From assembly GCA_965233585.1 (NCBI GenBank), contig CBDDTI010000745.1, forward strand, positions 480,001 through 544,000: 64,000 nt of DNA, read 5' to 3'. Origin of the DNA: a bacterium. GTDB lineage: Bacteria; SAR324; NAC60-12. The position numbers and the translations under genes are program-made. Positions within the stretch are counted from its first letter, which is position 1, and each line of letters begins with the position of its first letter. This document shows positions 52,094-64,000 of this stretch, piece by piece. Below the pieces are notes generated by a model. That model was not told where the DNA came from. It was given only the letters and a program-made list of their open reading frames with translations, and ran no database searches.

Positions 52094-53745
52094 AGTATTA
52101 CCCAAGTGTGATAGAAAGACAGCAAAATGCTGTCAAAAAGTATGCAAAACGTCGTTTTTGTAGTGTTCAAAAATCTGGTCAAGCAGAGTGGGTCACTTAT
52201 GAAGAGTTTGGGAAACAAGTCAATCAAGTCAGGAGAAGCCTTGATGAGATGGGAGTTTCTGAAGGGAGCATTGTAGGAATTGTTGCTCCGAATGGTATTG
52301 AATGGGCTGTCTTTGCTTATGCTGTTTATGGTTTACAGGCAGTATTGGTCACGATGTTCCCTAAACAAAGACAAGAAGAGTTGGAGTTTATTTTAAACAA
52401 TGCTCAACCTTCTGTTATTTTTGCTGATAATTCTGTCTATCCCTTCATTTTATCCCAGACTCAAAAGGTTTCCTTCCCTCTAAAAATCATTACATCTTCT
52501 AAAGTTGATGAAACTTTGTGTTTTCAAGATTTGCTGAATCAAGGTGTTTCTAACCCTATGGAAGCAATCATGCCAAAGCCCAATCAACTGATGACGATTA
52601 CTTATACATCAGGGACATCAAACGACCCTAAAGGCGTTTGTTTGTCTCATCAAAATATTGCAAGCAATGTTGACAACTTGTTGGGTGTCATTCCTGCCAC
52701 ATGCCACGATCGCACAATGCCTCTTTTGCCTTGGTCACATTGTCTTGGACAGGTCATTGAGTTACATTCTATCATTGCGTGCGGGGGGTCTTTGTATATT
52801 GGGTCTGTTGCAACCTTTGCAGAAGATTTACAAAAATCAGAGCTGACAATTTTGGTCGGAGTTCCTCGTCTGTTCAACCAAATTTACCAAAACGTTTTAG
52901 AAAAAATTTCACAATCTATTTTACTTAAAGGTCTGTTTAAATTGGGCATGAATGCGGTGAAGTCCAATCATCAAATGACAGAAAAATTGTGCTATTGGAT
53001 TCTTTTTAGAAAAATAAAAAACAAGTTAGGAAAAAAACTTATTTTTGCAGCTTGTGGAGGTGCTGCACTGAATCAAGAGATAGAGGTTTTTTTTGATGCC
53101 TTAAGAGTTCCTTTAGTACAAGGTTACGGATTGAGTGAAACATCTCCTTTGGTTTCAGTCAACTCCCTAAACTCAAAACGTTATGGAAGTGTCGGAAAAG
53201 TTCTGGACAGTGTGAAAGTTGAATTTTTAGAAGATTCAGAAGATGAGATTGTGGTTCGTGGTCCAAATGTGATGCAAGGATACTATCAGCATCCAGAAGG
53301 AACGAAGGAGGTTTTGCAACAAGATGGCTCACTCAGGACAGGTGATTGTGGATATTTAGATGAAGATGGCTTTCTGTTTATTACAGGGAGGGTGAAAGAG
53401 TTTTATAAGTTAGACAACGGAAAATGGATTTCACCTGCGATTTTAGAAGAGTCTTTGCTCATCAGCCCTCTAATCAAACAAGTGATGGTTTATGGAGAAA
53501 ATCAACCTTACAATGTCGCTTTAATTGTTGCGGAGGGTCAGATTGACAATGATGAACTTCAAAAGCTAATCCAATCCGAAATAGATTTACATTCAAAAAA
53601 CTTTCCTAAGTATGAACAGATTAAGAAATTTGCCATCGTTCAGGAAGAATGGACTATTGAAAATGGTTTGATTACCTCAACACTCAAACTCAAAAGAAAT
53701 CTTATCCGAAATCATCACCAATCCACTTTAGACGCTCTTTATTGA
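52090..53745 (+). CDS. Long-chain fatty acid--CoA ligase
   Basis: YTSGTSNDPKG, GYGLSET, RTGD.G, GRVKE, TLKLKR. Confidence 0.9.
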   Translation: MKYYPSVIERQQNAVKKYAKRRFCSVQKSGQAEWVTYEEFGKQVNQVRRSLDEMGVSEGSIVGIVAPNGIEWAVFAYAVYGLQAVLVTMFPKQRQEELEFILNNAQPSVIFADNSVYPFILSQTQKVSFPLKIITSSKVDETLCFQDLLNQGVSNPMEAIMPKPNQLMTITYTSGTSNDPKGVCLSHQNIASNVDNLLGVIPATCHDRTMPLLPWSHCLGQVIELHSIIACGGSLYIGSVATFAEDLQKSELTILVGVPRLFNQIYQNVLEKISQSILLKGLFKLGMNAVKSNHQMTEKLCYWILFRKIKNKLGKKLIFAACGGAALNQEIEVFFDALRVPLVQGYGLSETSPLVSVNSLNSKRYGSVGKVLDSVKVEFLEDSEDEIVVRGPNVMQGYYQHPEGTKEVLQQDGSLRTGDCGYLDEDGFLFITGRVKEFYKLDNGKWISPAILEESLLISPLIKQVMVYGENQPYNVALIVAEGQIDNDELQKLIQSEIDLHSKNFPKYEQIKKFAIVQEEWTIENGLITSTLKLKRNLIRNHHQSTLDALY

Positions 53746-53754
53746 TCTTAAATT

Positions 53755-54855
53755 TTACACCCCAAAAAACTTTAAAAAAGAAGCTGATAGGTTCAAATCT
53801 AAAGTGCGGTTGAAGTAAAAAATGAAAGGGCGAAGAGCCTCTTTTAGGCATTGAAAATAAAATTTACGATCCACTTGATCGGCTTCCAAAACACAATACT
53901 CTCCATTACTTAAACGAAGCAACGGCTTGAGAGAAGCAACGGCTTGATTCAAACCAGCAGTTAAAGACTGAGTGAATGATTCATCATCAAAGCCACAAAT
54001 TAAATAAGTGAATCCATTGCCAAATCGGAATAAATGAAAGGGGGAAGACCCTCCAAACTTCTCACGCACAGCACTCAGTAGCTTTAATAATTGCCTTTGG
54101 TTTTCTTCTGTTTCCCAAAAATCTAAATGACTAATACAGAGAGTTTGATGTTTTGTAACATGAAATTGACGGAATTTTTCTAGGTCTTTGTATCTTAAAA
54201 TTTGAGGGGCTTCATGGAACTTTCCTTGCTTTTTGATGGAATCATAAGCAACTTCAAGGTCTTTACTGATTAATCTAATCTGGGAAGAGTGCCATTCTTC
54301 CACATGATTCTTTTGTCCCCATTCTTCAAGAAATTCTTCTTTTTTTTCAAGATAATTTTGAAACTCGTCAGAATCCGTAATGCGTCTGGTCAGAATGTCA
54401 AATTCACGAGGTGCAACTTGGACTAGCTTGCATAACTCATTAATCTGGCTTCGGAGACGTTTGAAATCGTGGCTAGGAAATGCTTTTTGAAGTTCTTCTA
54501 AATTGAGCAATGTCCTTTGCGCTTTAAGTAATGTTCTTGACTGATGAATTTTTTCAGAACACTTTAAAACTTGGCTAGGAACGAAAACAGCATAATCTAA
54601 CTTGGAGTGATTAGGTCCTTCAAGGCTTGTGAAGTATAAAGGATTGTCAATCAAGCGAATGTTTTGATAGGCAGAATCTATGAGCTTGGCTCTTTTGACA
54701 GGAAATGCTTTTTTTAGAAAATGACGGTCAGGAAGTTGAGATTTTGCATTCTGTAAAGCCTCTAAACTTTTTGCAATGGTTTGGCATTTTCTATCAGACA
54801 AGCCAACAGGTAAATGCCATGAAAGGTCTGTTTGCATCACAGATGAAAGGGTCAA
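53755..54855 (-). CDS. Hypothetical protein
   Basis: 366-codon ORF filling the gap; no motif recognised. Confidence 0.65.
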   Translation of the reverse strand: MTLSSVMQTDLSWHLPVGLSDRKCQTIAKSLEALQNAKSQLPDRHFLKKAFPVKRAKLIDSAYQNIRLIDNPLYFTSLEGPNHSKLDYAVFVPSQVLKCSEKIHQSRTLLKAQRTLLNLEELQKAFPSHDFKRLRSQINELCKLVQVAPREFDILTRRITDSDEFQNYLEKKEEFLEEWGQKNHVEEWHSSQIRLISKDLEVAYDSIKKQGKFHEAPQILRYKDLEKFRQFHVTKHQTLCISHLDFWETEENQRQLLKLLSAVREKFGGSSPFHLFRFGNGFTYLICGFDDESFTQSLTAGLNQAVASLKPLLRLSNGEYCVLEADQVDRKFYFQCLKEALRPFIFYFNRTLDLNLSASFLKFFGV

Positions 54856-54960
54856 AAAGATTCAACACAACCTTGCTATCTTTTCATAAATGATGCCAAA
54901 TTAACACAACCTTATGATGTCTTGCTCCTCAGCTTACTTATTTTTGGTGAATAGAGATAC

Positions 54961-56697
54961 TTACTTTGGAGAAATTTTTTGATAATTCTTTTTAGAAAAT
55001 AAATCTCCTATGACCTCATAAAATTCAATGTTTTCATAATTTTTAATACTTGCAAAATCTTTAGGCCATCCTACTGTGCTTGTTATAAATCTTCTTTGAG
55101 TTTTAGGGTTTTTAAAAGGATTATTTCCTTTATACTGGGGACATCCCCCAATGGCGATACAAGCAACAGCAGGTGTATCAGAATTAATTACTCTAGCATT
55201 AGACTGTCTAAGCTTTCCTCTTGATTCAAAAGGTTTAACAGCAAAGATAATGTTTGATCCGAATGGTGCATTATCTGGTGCGTGATTTGCGTGATCCGAA
55301 ACAATAATAATCATAGTTTGGTCATATATTTTAAGATGCTTTAGTTGATTAATAATATTTTTAAATAAAAGAGTTTGACATGACACTACATTATAATTTC
55401 CTTCAGCACTATTCACATGGTATTTATTTCCCCTTGTAGAACAGTCTGGTTGTGAATAATAAGGAGAATGAGTGAACATTGTATGGATATAATGAATGAC
55501 AGGTTTGTCAGATTCCAAATTAGCATATTCTAGCCAACCCTTAAAATATGCGAGCAATCCATAATGATGGCGTGTGTTAGATTGTATAGTTTCTTTTGTT
55601 AGTTGAGAAATATCTTTACTATTGCTTTGAAAAGAAGTTTTGGATTGGTGATTTGGAAGTAACCACAATCCATTTCTATAAATATTTGGCTTGATAAAAA
55701 GAGGTGATATTTGAAAAAGTATAAAACTGGTAACTTTTACTAATTCAGCTTGACTAAAGCGAGATTTAGAAACATGATCTGTCTGACCTAATAAATGATC
55801 TAATGGGAATTGATAAGTTTGTCTTTTTCCAGAATCTCCTTGGTGATTGGGAGTGTGGCTAACTTTGACCACCTTCCAGTTATTTTTTTCAAAGTCGTCA
55901 AGAAATGATGGTGCGTGGTTTTGCCAGTACTCCACTAGTGTCATGTCTCTTGGTTTGTTTTTCATAATTTGCAGAGGGGTTCCTAATTCCCCTCCTTGAA
56001 TTGCATGAACAGAAGTGTGGGTTGTATTCCCTACTGCAATAGCATTTGGAAAGAGTGTAAAGCCATCTAAACTTGCAATCAAATCAGGTTGCTTTTCAAG
56101 GACTTTTTGGAAATAGACACCAGACATCATATCTGGCATAAAAACTAGAACGTTTCTACTAGGAGACAATGTATAAATATCTTTAAATTCTTCTGTTTTT
56201 TTAATTATTTGTGTGTTAGATTCTTTCATTTCCAAATAAACGTTATTTATTTCTGTCACCAAGCTAGAAAAATATGTAATATGAATAAATATTAATAAAA
56301 TATGAATGACTTTATTTTTTAATCGCTCTTTAATTAAAAAAATTACTATTAGTAAGATTAGAAAAGCTAATAATTCTATTTTCTGTTCTAGTTTTGTAGA
56401 TAGAATTAAATTTTCAAAGTTTGAAAAAATCCAATCATCAAATTTGCCATAGTTGTACTTTGATACTAAAGGATAAAGAGCAACCCAAATAGTGATAGCA
56501 ATTAGTACATTAAATAATCTTTTCATTCCTAATAGTTTATGAAAAAATTGTATGATAAAAATAAAAAGCAATCCTAATGAGTAAAATGCGATTAAATTGT
56601 ATATATGATGCTGTCCATATTCTTCAAAATTTTTTAAGTAAAAAAGACTTGGTAAGTAGAAAAAGAAGATGGATGAAAAAGTGATAGCTATTTTCAT
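54961..56697 (-). CDS. Membrane-anchored alkaline phosphatase/sulfatase-superfamily protein (LTA synthase / phospho-group transferase-like)
   Basis: N-terminal TM segments, VLVFMPD, GNTTHTS (Thr nucleophile position), HSPY, IVSDH. Confidence 0.75.
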   Translation of the reverse strand: MKIAITFSSIFFFYLPSLFYLKNFEEYGQHHIYNLIAFYSLGLLFIFIIQFFHKLLGMKRLFNVLIAITIWVALYPLVSKYNYGKFDDWIFSNFENLILSTKLEQKIELLAFLILLIVIFLIKERLKNKVIHILLIFIHITYFSSLVTEINNVYLEMKESNTQIIKKTEEFKDIYTLSPSRNVLVFMPDMMSGVYFQKVLEKQPDLIASLDGFTLFPNAIAVGNTTHTSVHAIQGGELGTPLQIMKNKPRDMTLVEYWQNHAPSFLDDFEKNNWKVVKVSHTPNHQGDSGKRQTYQFPLDHLLGQTDHVSKSRFSQAELVKVTSFILFQISPLFIKPNIYRNGLWLLPNHQSKTSFQSNSKDISQLTKETIQSNTRHHYGLLAYFKGWLEYANLESDKPVIHYIHTMFTHSPYYSQPDCSTRGNKYHVNSAEGNYNVVSCQTLLFKNIINQLKHLKIYDQTMIIIVSDHANHAPDNAPFGSNIIFAVKPFESRGKLRQSNARVINSDTPAVACIAIGGCPQYKGNNPFKNPKTQRRFITSTVGWPKDFASIKNYENIEFYEVIGDLFSKKNYQKISPK

Positions 56698-56955
56698 ATT
56701 TTTAAAATTATAAAGAAGGCTTAAACTTGGTCATAGTAATCTGAATTTTCTAAAAAATCAACCTTGTGAAATGATTTTATTTATAACGACTTAAAATTGA
56801 ACAACCTTTAGAGATTCTTTTTTATATTTATAATTTGACTTTGTTTACTAATCAAATATAATAGTCGTGTCAGCTTCAGCTTTCATTTCACAATGGATAT
56901 GCCACCTTCTGACTTCAATTCTTTTCAACATTTCATTCAGGAAATCAATTAAAAT

Positions 56956-58809
56956 ATGGGGTTTCAAAAGGCTTCCCAAGATCAGCCTTTTCAGGAGTTG
57001 GAAACAGCAATCATTCGTTTTGCTGGAGACTCAGGTGACGGCATTCAAACCACAGGGAATCAGCTGACCAATACGTCTGCACAGATGGGAAATGATGTGA
57101 ATACTTTCCCTGATTTTCCAGCAGAAATCAGAGCGCCAAGTGGCACATTAGCAGGTGTCTCGGGGTTTCAGTTAAGTTTTTCAAAGCATCTTATTCACAC
57201 TCATGGCGATAGTGTGCAAACATTGGTAGCTATGAATCCTGCCGCATTGAAGGTCAACTTGTCCAGTGTAGATGAAGGGGGCATTATCATTTTAAATTCT
57301 GACCGTTTTGGTAAAAATGACCTCCGTAAAGCAGAGCTTGAAAACAACCCTCTTGAAACAGGTGAGCTTGATGCCTTTCGTGTTGTTTCTATTCCCATGT
57401 CTAGTTTGTCTATCAAAGCAGTAGAAGAACTTGGTATGCCGAAGAGTCAGGCAGAAAAATGTAAAAATATGTTTGCATTAGGTGTCGTGTCGTGGCTTTA
57501 CGAAAGAGATTTAAAACCAACGTTAGATTGGATTCAAAATAAGTTTAAAAAAGAAGTTGCAGAAGCCAACACAGCAGCTTTTCAAGCGGGATATTCTTAT
57601 GCACTTTCGTCAGAGCTTTTTCATGTTCGTTATCACGTAAAATCTGCTCCACTGAAGGCAGACGGGTACCAACAAGTGACAGGGAATCAAGCGATTGTTT
57701 GGGGCATGACTGCGTCATCAATCCTTGCGGAAACTCCGATGCTGTTTTCAGGCTACCCTATCACTCCTGCATCTGACCTTTTGCACGAGCTTTCAAAGTT
57801 GAGCCATTTAGGGATTGCAACATTTCAGGCAGAAGATGAAATAGCGGCAATGGCGGCATCTGTTGGGGCATCTTTTGGAGGACGTCTTGCGGCGACAGCA
57901 ACGAGCGGACCGGGTTTTGTTTTGAAAAGTGAGGGGCTAAACCTTGCTGTGATGACAGAGTTACCTTTAGTCCTCATTGACGTTCAAAGGGCGGGTCCTT
58001 CTACGGGCATGCCTACTAAAACAGAACAATCAGACCTTTTGTTTGCAGCATTTGGCAGACATGGCGACTCTCATTTACCTGTGATTGCTCCAACAAGTCC
58101 CAGCGACTGCTTTTATATCATCATAGAAGCTTTTCGTTTAGCCTTGAAGTATATGACTCCTGTCATTGTTTTAAGCGATGGCTCTCTTGCGAATGGTGCA
58201 TCTCTTTGGTCTCCTCCAAATCTCAAGGATTTACCCTGCCTCAAACCTCATTATGAAACCAACCCAGAAGTGTCTCCTTATTCCAGAGATCAAAAAACGT
58301 TTGCGAGACCTTGGGTGATTCCCGGCACTGCAGGATTGGAGCATCGCATTGGTGGCTTGGAAAAAGACAAGGAAACAGGAGGTGTCAGTTATGATGCTTT
58401 GAACCATGAACTCATGACACAAATCCGTTCAGAAAAAATTGCACGTGTTGCTGATGATATTCCAGCCCTTGAAGTCTATGGGCAGGCACAAGGTGATTTG
58501 CTGATTCTTGGTTGGGGGGGGACATGTGGTTCAATCATGGAGGCAACTCAAGCTTTGAAAAAAGAAGGTTATCTGGTTTCATGTGCTTTTTTGCGTTATT
58601 TAAACCCTCTGCCAAAAAATTTGCCCGATGTGTTCAAGTCATTTCAAAAAATTCTTTTGCCTGAAATGAATTTGGGGCAACTTGCTTTTTTGCTACGTGG
58701 TCAAATTCAAGCAGATTTGATCTCTTTTCCCAAGGTGCAGGGGAAGCCTTTTTTTATCAAAGAAATTAAAGAACGTGCGATTCAAATTTTAAAATGTCAG
58801 TTGCATTAG
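56956..58809 (+). CDS. korA: 2-oxoacid:ferredoxin oxidoreductase alpha subunit
   Basis: RFAGDSGDG, PAEIRAP, YPITPAS, QAEDEIA, TSGPG, QRAGPSTG.PTK. Confidence 0.95.
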   Translation: MGFQKASQDQPFQELETAIIRFAGDSGDGIQTTGNQLTNTSAQMGNDVNTFPDFPAEIRAPSGTLAGVSGFQLSFSKHLIHTHGDSVQTLVAMNPAALKVNLSSVDEGGIIILNSDRFGKNDLRKAELENNPLETGELDAFRVVSIPMSSLSIKAVEELGMPKSQAEKCKNMFALGVVSWLYERDLKPTLDWIQNKFKKEVAEANTAAFQAGYSYALSSELFHVRYHVKSAPLKADGYQQVTGNQAIVWGMTASSILAETPMLFSGYPITPASDLLHELSKLSHLGIATFQAEDEIAAMAASVGASFGGRLAATATSGPGFVLKSEGLNLAVMTELPLVLIDVQRAGPSTGMPTKTEQSDLLFAAFGRHGDSHLPVIAPTSPSDCFYIIIEAFRLALKYMTPVIVLSDGSLANGASLWSPPNLKDLPCLKPHYETNPEVSPYSRDQKTFARPWVIPGTAGLEHRIGGLEKDKETGGVSYDALNHELMTQIRSEKIARVADDIPALEVYGQAQGDLLILGWGGTCGSIMEATQALKKEGYLVSCAFLRYLNPLPKNLPDVFKSFQKILLPEMNLGQLAFLLRGQIQADLISFPKVQGKPFFIKEIKERAIQILKCQLH

Positions 58810-59801
58810 AAGAAGCGAAACAACTTACTAAAACAGACTTTGTATCAGGACAAACAATTCGTTGGTGTCCAGGGTGTGGAGACTATGCCATCTTGGCATC
58901 AGTTCAAAGAGCATTGCCAGAAATCGGAGTGAAACGAGAAGATATTGTTTTTGTGGCAGGCATTGGTTGTTCAAGTCGTTTTCCATACTACATGAACACC
59001 TATGGTATTCATAGCATTCACGGACGAGCACCTGCTGTTGCAACAGGATTAAAACTAGCAAGACCAGAGCTTTCTGTGTGGGTTGTGACTGGTGATGGTG
59101 ATGCTTTGAGTATTGGTGGAAATCACATTTTGCATACTTTAAGACGAAATCTTGACCTTAATATCCTATTGTTCAATAACAGAATTTATGGACTGACTAA
59201 AGGACAATATTCTCCAACCTCTGAACTAGGAAAGGTAACAAAAAGCACTCCCAAGGGGTCTTTTGACACTCCTCTTGAACCTCTGCAAATTGCTTTTCAT
59301 GCAGGGGCTTCTTTTATTGCAAGAAGCTGGGATACTGCTAAAGATTTGCCTTCTATTTTAAAGGCATCACATGCACATCGTGGGACATCTTTTATTGAGA
59401 TTTATCAGAATTGTAATATTTTCAACGATCATGCTTTTGAGCATTTGGTGCATAAAAACCAACGAGCAGACAATTTGCTAATTTTGGAAGCAGGTCAACC
59501 GATTGTTTTTGGGAAAGAACAAGAATTGACAATTTGCATCTATAAGGCACAACCTCATGTTGTCAAACGTGCAGATGTAGAGGAGTCTGAAATTTTAGTG
59601 CATGATCCGCATGATAGTTGGGTTGCTTCGGTTTTAACACAGCTGAAGAATCCTGACTTTCCTGTTCCAATGGGTATTTTATATGCCAGCGAACGTCCTT
59701 GTTATGAAGACCAAGCAGGTTTACAAGATGAGCCGATGTTTTCTTCAAAAGATATTCAACAACGTCAAGAGATTTTTCAAAACATACTTTCTGGTATTTG
59801 A
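58794..59801 (+). CDS. korB: 2-oxoacid:ferredoxin oxidoreductase beta subunit
   Basis: WCPGCGD, GIGCSSR, HGRA, GDGD...NNRIYGLTKGQ. Confidence 0.95.
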   Translation: MSVALEEAKQLTKTDFVSGQTIRWCPGCGDYAILASVQRALPEIGVKREDIVFVAGIGCSSRFPYYMNTYGIHSIHGRAPAVATGLKLARPELSVWVVTGDGDALSIGGNHILHTLRRNLDLNILLFNNRIYGLTKGQYSPTSELGKVTKSTPKGSFDTPLEPLQIAFHAGASFIARSWDTAKDLPSILKASHAHRGTSFIEIYQNCNIFNDHAFEHLVHKNQRADNLLILEAGQPIVFGKEQELTICIYKAQPHVVKRADVEESEILVHDPHDSWVASVLTQLKNPDFPVPMGILYASERPCYEDQAGLQDEPMFSSKDIQQRQEIFQNILSGI

Positions 59802-60025
59802 TAAAGATTAGTTGGAGTTTTTATGATTAAAACTAATCAAATTGATACTATCAATGTTGTGATTAATTTCAATATTTTTACTGTCAAATAATAGTTGAAA
59901 AATTAACTCAAAAAATATCAAATTTTTTGTGACTTGATCTGTTTTGTGAAGTTTAAAAAATCCTGAAAAAAAGAAAAAATATATTTTTTGTGATAATTTC
60001 TGTTATTTTTAAATATTCTTAAATT

Positions 60026-60691
60026 GGTATTGTTAAACTATAAGTGATATGCGATATTAAGTTCATTTAATTGAATTGATAGTCATGGTGTAGCAATGAA
60101 GTCGTGTCCTATCGTGGTCAAATCTCACCACAGATCAAAAGAAGAGCATTAGAGTTGTATTTGGAGGGTCTTGGTTTCAGGTCAATCGGTCGTTTGCTGA
60201 ATTGTTCTCATGTTTCAGTTTATAATTGGGTCTGTAGTTTTGGCGAACAGCTCAAGGCATTAAGAAAGGACACAGACATTGAAATTATGGAAATTGATGA
60301 AATGCACACCTACATCCAGTCAAAAAAAACTACTGCTGGCTCTGGATTGCTGTTGATAGATGTGGGAAGCAATTTATCAATTGTGTGCTTGGAAACAGAG
60401 ACTCAAAAGCCTGTAGGCATTTATGGGACAAGGTCAAGGAAACAAAACCTCTTCAGGTGATGACTGATCACTGCAAGGCTTACAAACAAGTCATTCCCAA
60501 AGAAATTCATACATGTTCCAAGGCAGAAACATACACGATAGAAGGGTATAATTCTCTCTTGAGACATTTCTTGGCAAGAATGAGAAGGAAAACCAAATGT
60601 TACAGCAAGTCTCTTAAAGCATTACAATATTCTGTTCTTTTGTTCATGGCAAAACGGAATAATCAGCTATCACTTATTACTTAACAATGTC
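60026..60691 (+). mobile_element. IS1-family element, defective copy (666 bp) with 8-bp target duplication
   Basis: Matches 26041-26800 apart from a 94-bp deletion in insA and a C>T at the penultimate base; CTTAAATT at 60018-60025 and 60692-60699. Confidence 0.95.
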
Positions 60692-60829
60692 CTTAAATTT
60701 AATTTTTATGACAAAAATTAAAAAACTAATTTCCGCTTTGCCTTTAAAGTCAAGTAAAAAACTCTTGATTAGCTTTTGAATATCTTGTAGCATAATAGCC
60801 TTTGATTAACCCTAGAATGTATAAAATGT

Positions 60830-62415
<1,586 letters not shown>

Positions 62416-62416
62416 T

Positions 62417-63157
62417 TCAAAATGGTCCTTCTACCTGTCCATGAATGAATTGCTGTAAAATGGGATTGTCCACTTGATCCACTTCATCTGGAGTGGCTTC
62501 TGCAATAATTTTCCCTTGATAAAGCATTGCCAGTTTGTCTGCGATTCTTTTGGAGTTAGGAATGTGATGCGAGATAGAAAGGCATGTCATGTTAAATTGG
62601 TCTCGCATTTCTACCATTAAGTCTCCAATAGCTGTTGTTGTAATGGGGTCAAGTCCAGACTCAGGCTCATCAAAAATCATGATTTTGGGGTCAAGCATGA
62701 CAGAGCGAGCCACCCCCACACGTTTTCTCATTCCTCCTGAAAGCTCTGCGGGGCTTTTGTCTTCAATATCGTAAAGTCCAAGTCGGTTCAGCATTGAGGT
62801 GACTCTTTTTTCAATTTCTTGCTTGCTCATGTCTTTTCTATGCTCACGTAACGCAAAGGCAACGTTGTCAAAGACACTCATTGAGTCAAACAGGGCTGAG
62901 TATTGAAAGCACATGCCAATTTTTTTAAGCATTTCTGTTCTCATTTTTTTATCTAGTGTCAGCAAATTTTTGCCATCAATAATAATCTCACCTTCTTCAG
63001 GGGTGATAAAACCTAAAATAAGTTTGATAATTGTTGATTTTCCGTGACCTGAACCGCCAATGACTACTGTAATTTTATTCTCAGGAATTTCCAAACTTAA
63101 GCGATCAATGACAGTTTTGTTTCCAAAACTTTTGGTAATATTGGTTAACGAGATCAT
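62417..63157 (-). CDS. mlaF: MlaF/Mkl-like ABC ATPase
   Basis: GGSGHGKS, FQYSALFDSM, ELSGGMRKRV, FDEPESGLDP, QFIHG..EGP. Confidence 0.88.
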   Translation of the reverse strand: MISLTNITKSFGNKTVIDRLSLEIPENKITVVIGGSGHGKSTIIKLILGFITPEEGEIIIDGKNLLTLDKKMRTEMLKKIGMCFQYSALFDSMSVFDNVAFALREHRKDMSKQEIEKRVTSMLNRLGLYDIEDKSPAELSGGMRKRVGVARSVMLDPKIMIFDEPESGLDPITTTAIGDLMVEMRDQFNMTCLSISHHIPNSKRIADKLAMLYQGKIIAEATPDEVDQVDNPILQQFIHGQVEGPF

Positions 63158-63169
63158 ATTGTTAATTTT

Positions 63170-63679
63170 TTAAAAGTTGACAAAAATCTCTTCATAAACG
63201 CGTGTTGCAAATTTTTTTGCAATATCATCTACCCCACGCGATTGGGTTGTCACATCTTGACTGAATTGACTATCATCGTACGACAATTCATTGCGAACAA
63301 TGAACTGTTCTTTTTCCCAAAGTACTTGGACACCTTTATCCAATCGCAAACTTCCTGTTAAGCTCCATTCTGAAGCTGTCGTTTGACCAACTTCTGAAAG
63401 TGTAGTTTGTGTGGTTTCTAATGTTTTCAGATGGATGAACAACACAAGGTCAGCTTCTTTTTCAGGTGCAATGACCACAGAATCATTGTTTTGCAAAGCT
63501 AGTTGTAAATATCGGTAAATTCTTGTCTCTAGTGAGGCACGAAAGGTGTCGTTTATAATTGGAGCAACTGCAATAGTATTTGCCTGTTCTGGTAATGGAG
63601 GGCTTAGTGATTCAAAACGATAGCCACATGAAGAGACTATGGATAATGTCAATAACAGCAAATAGGTCTTGAATTTCAT
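63170..63679 (-). CDS. lptE: LPS assembly lipoprotein LptE-like
   Basis: Lipobox VSS-CGY.F, TIAVAPIINDT, ADLVL, C-terminal F. Confidence 0.75.
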   Translation of the reverse strand: MKFKTYLLLLTLSIVSSCGYRFESLSPPLPEQANTIAVAPIINDTFRASLETRIYRYLQLALQNNDSVVIAPEKEADLVLFIHLKTLETTQTTLSEVGQTTASEWSLTGSLRLDKGVQVLWEKEQFIVRNELSYDDSQFSQDVTTQSRGVDDIAKKFATRVYEEIFVNF

Positions 63680-64000
63680 AAATAAAAAAGTAGCAAAATC
63701 CCTGTGTAAACGTACAGTTGCATAGATTCTTGGTACCTCGCAAATTGAAAACTTCCTTGTAACCCAATTAGAGGGATAGAACCAAACTTGTTTTGAATAG
63801 CTTGGGCATCTATGTGTGGTTTTTGATAAAGCTGTTCACCACGACCTGCGCAATTTAGATAAATCCCGAAGCTAGGTTTTTCATCAATAAAATCAAGTTC
63901 TGCTAACATGGTTTCTAATGCGTCTATTGCCGTGTAAGGGGAGCAGTGAATAAAGCTAAAAATGTCAGAAGGCTTAATCATCTGCGGTAAAATAAGCCCT
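63676..64000 (-). CDS. FIST C-terminal domain protein (5'-partial)
   Basis: FGIYLNCAGRG, PLIG, YTGIL; the frame is open to the window end. Confidence 0.75.
   Translation of the reverse strand, partial: GLILPQMIKPSDIFSFIHCSPYTAIDALETMLAELDFIDEKPSFGIYLNCAGRGEQLYQKPHIDAQAIQNKFGSIPLIGLQGSFQFARYQESMQLYVYTGILLLFYL

Noticed and set aside
60104..60460. Functional InsA in the second IS copy
   Set aside because: The native ATG is out of frame after the 94-bp deletion and the zinc finger is lost; the GTG start is created by the junction

Overview
AT-rich bacterial chromosomal segment; the gene repertoire (split atpZ-atpI-atpB-atpE F0 operon, korAB, LptE/Mla, GmhA) suggests a Gram-negative, deltaproteobacteria/SAR324-like organism (inference). 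Most of it is housekeeping: gmhA, queA, dppA-livHMGF-livK-dppB, fmt, holA, pilC-like, der, gyrB-recF-dnaN, ddl, atp, coaBC, lepA, clpSA, korAB, amtB-PII, mlaF, lptE and one tRNA-Leu(TAG). Main points of interest: (1) a very AT-rich four-gene polyprenyl-phospho-arabinose synthesis plus GT-C transferase cassette lies between the two carboxynorspermidine genes. (2) An accessory tract at about 20-29 kb holds an adenine MTase coupled to a NadM with a dead Nudix box, an IS1-truncated restriction-like nuclease, and a coiled-coil PD-(D/E)XK gene with three unannotated C-terminal paralog fragments around an Rpn gene. (3) A candidate oriC lies upstream of dnaN with no dnaA in the window. (4) recF is frameshifted in a T9 tract. 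(5) There are two IS1 copies, one crippled by a 94-bp microhomology deletion and inserted upstream of amtB. (6) The PII protein lacks Tyr51. All calls come from motif recognition by eye; no database searches were run.
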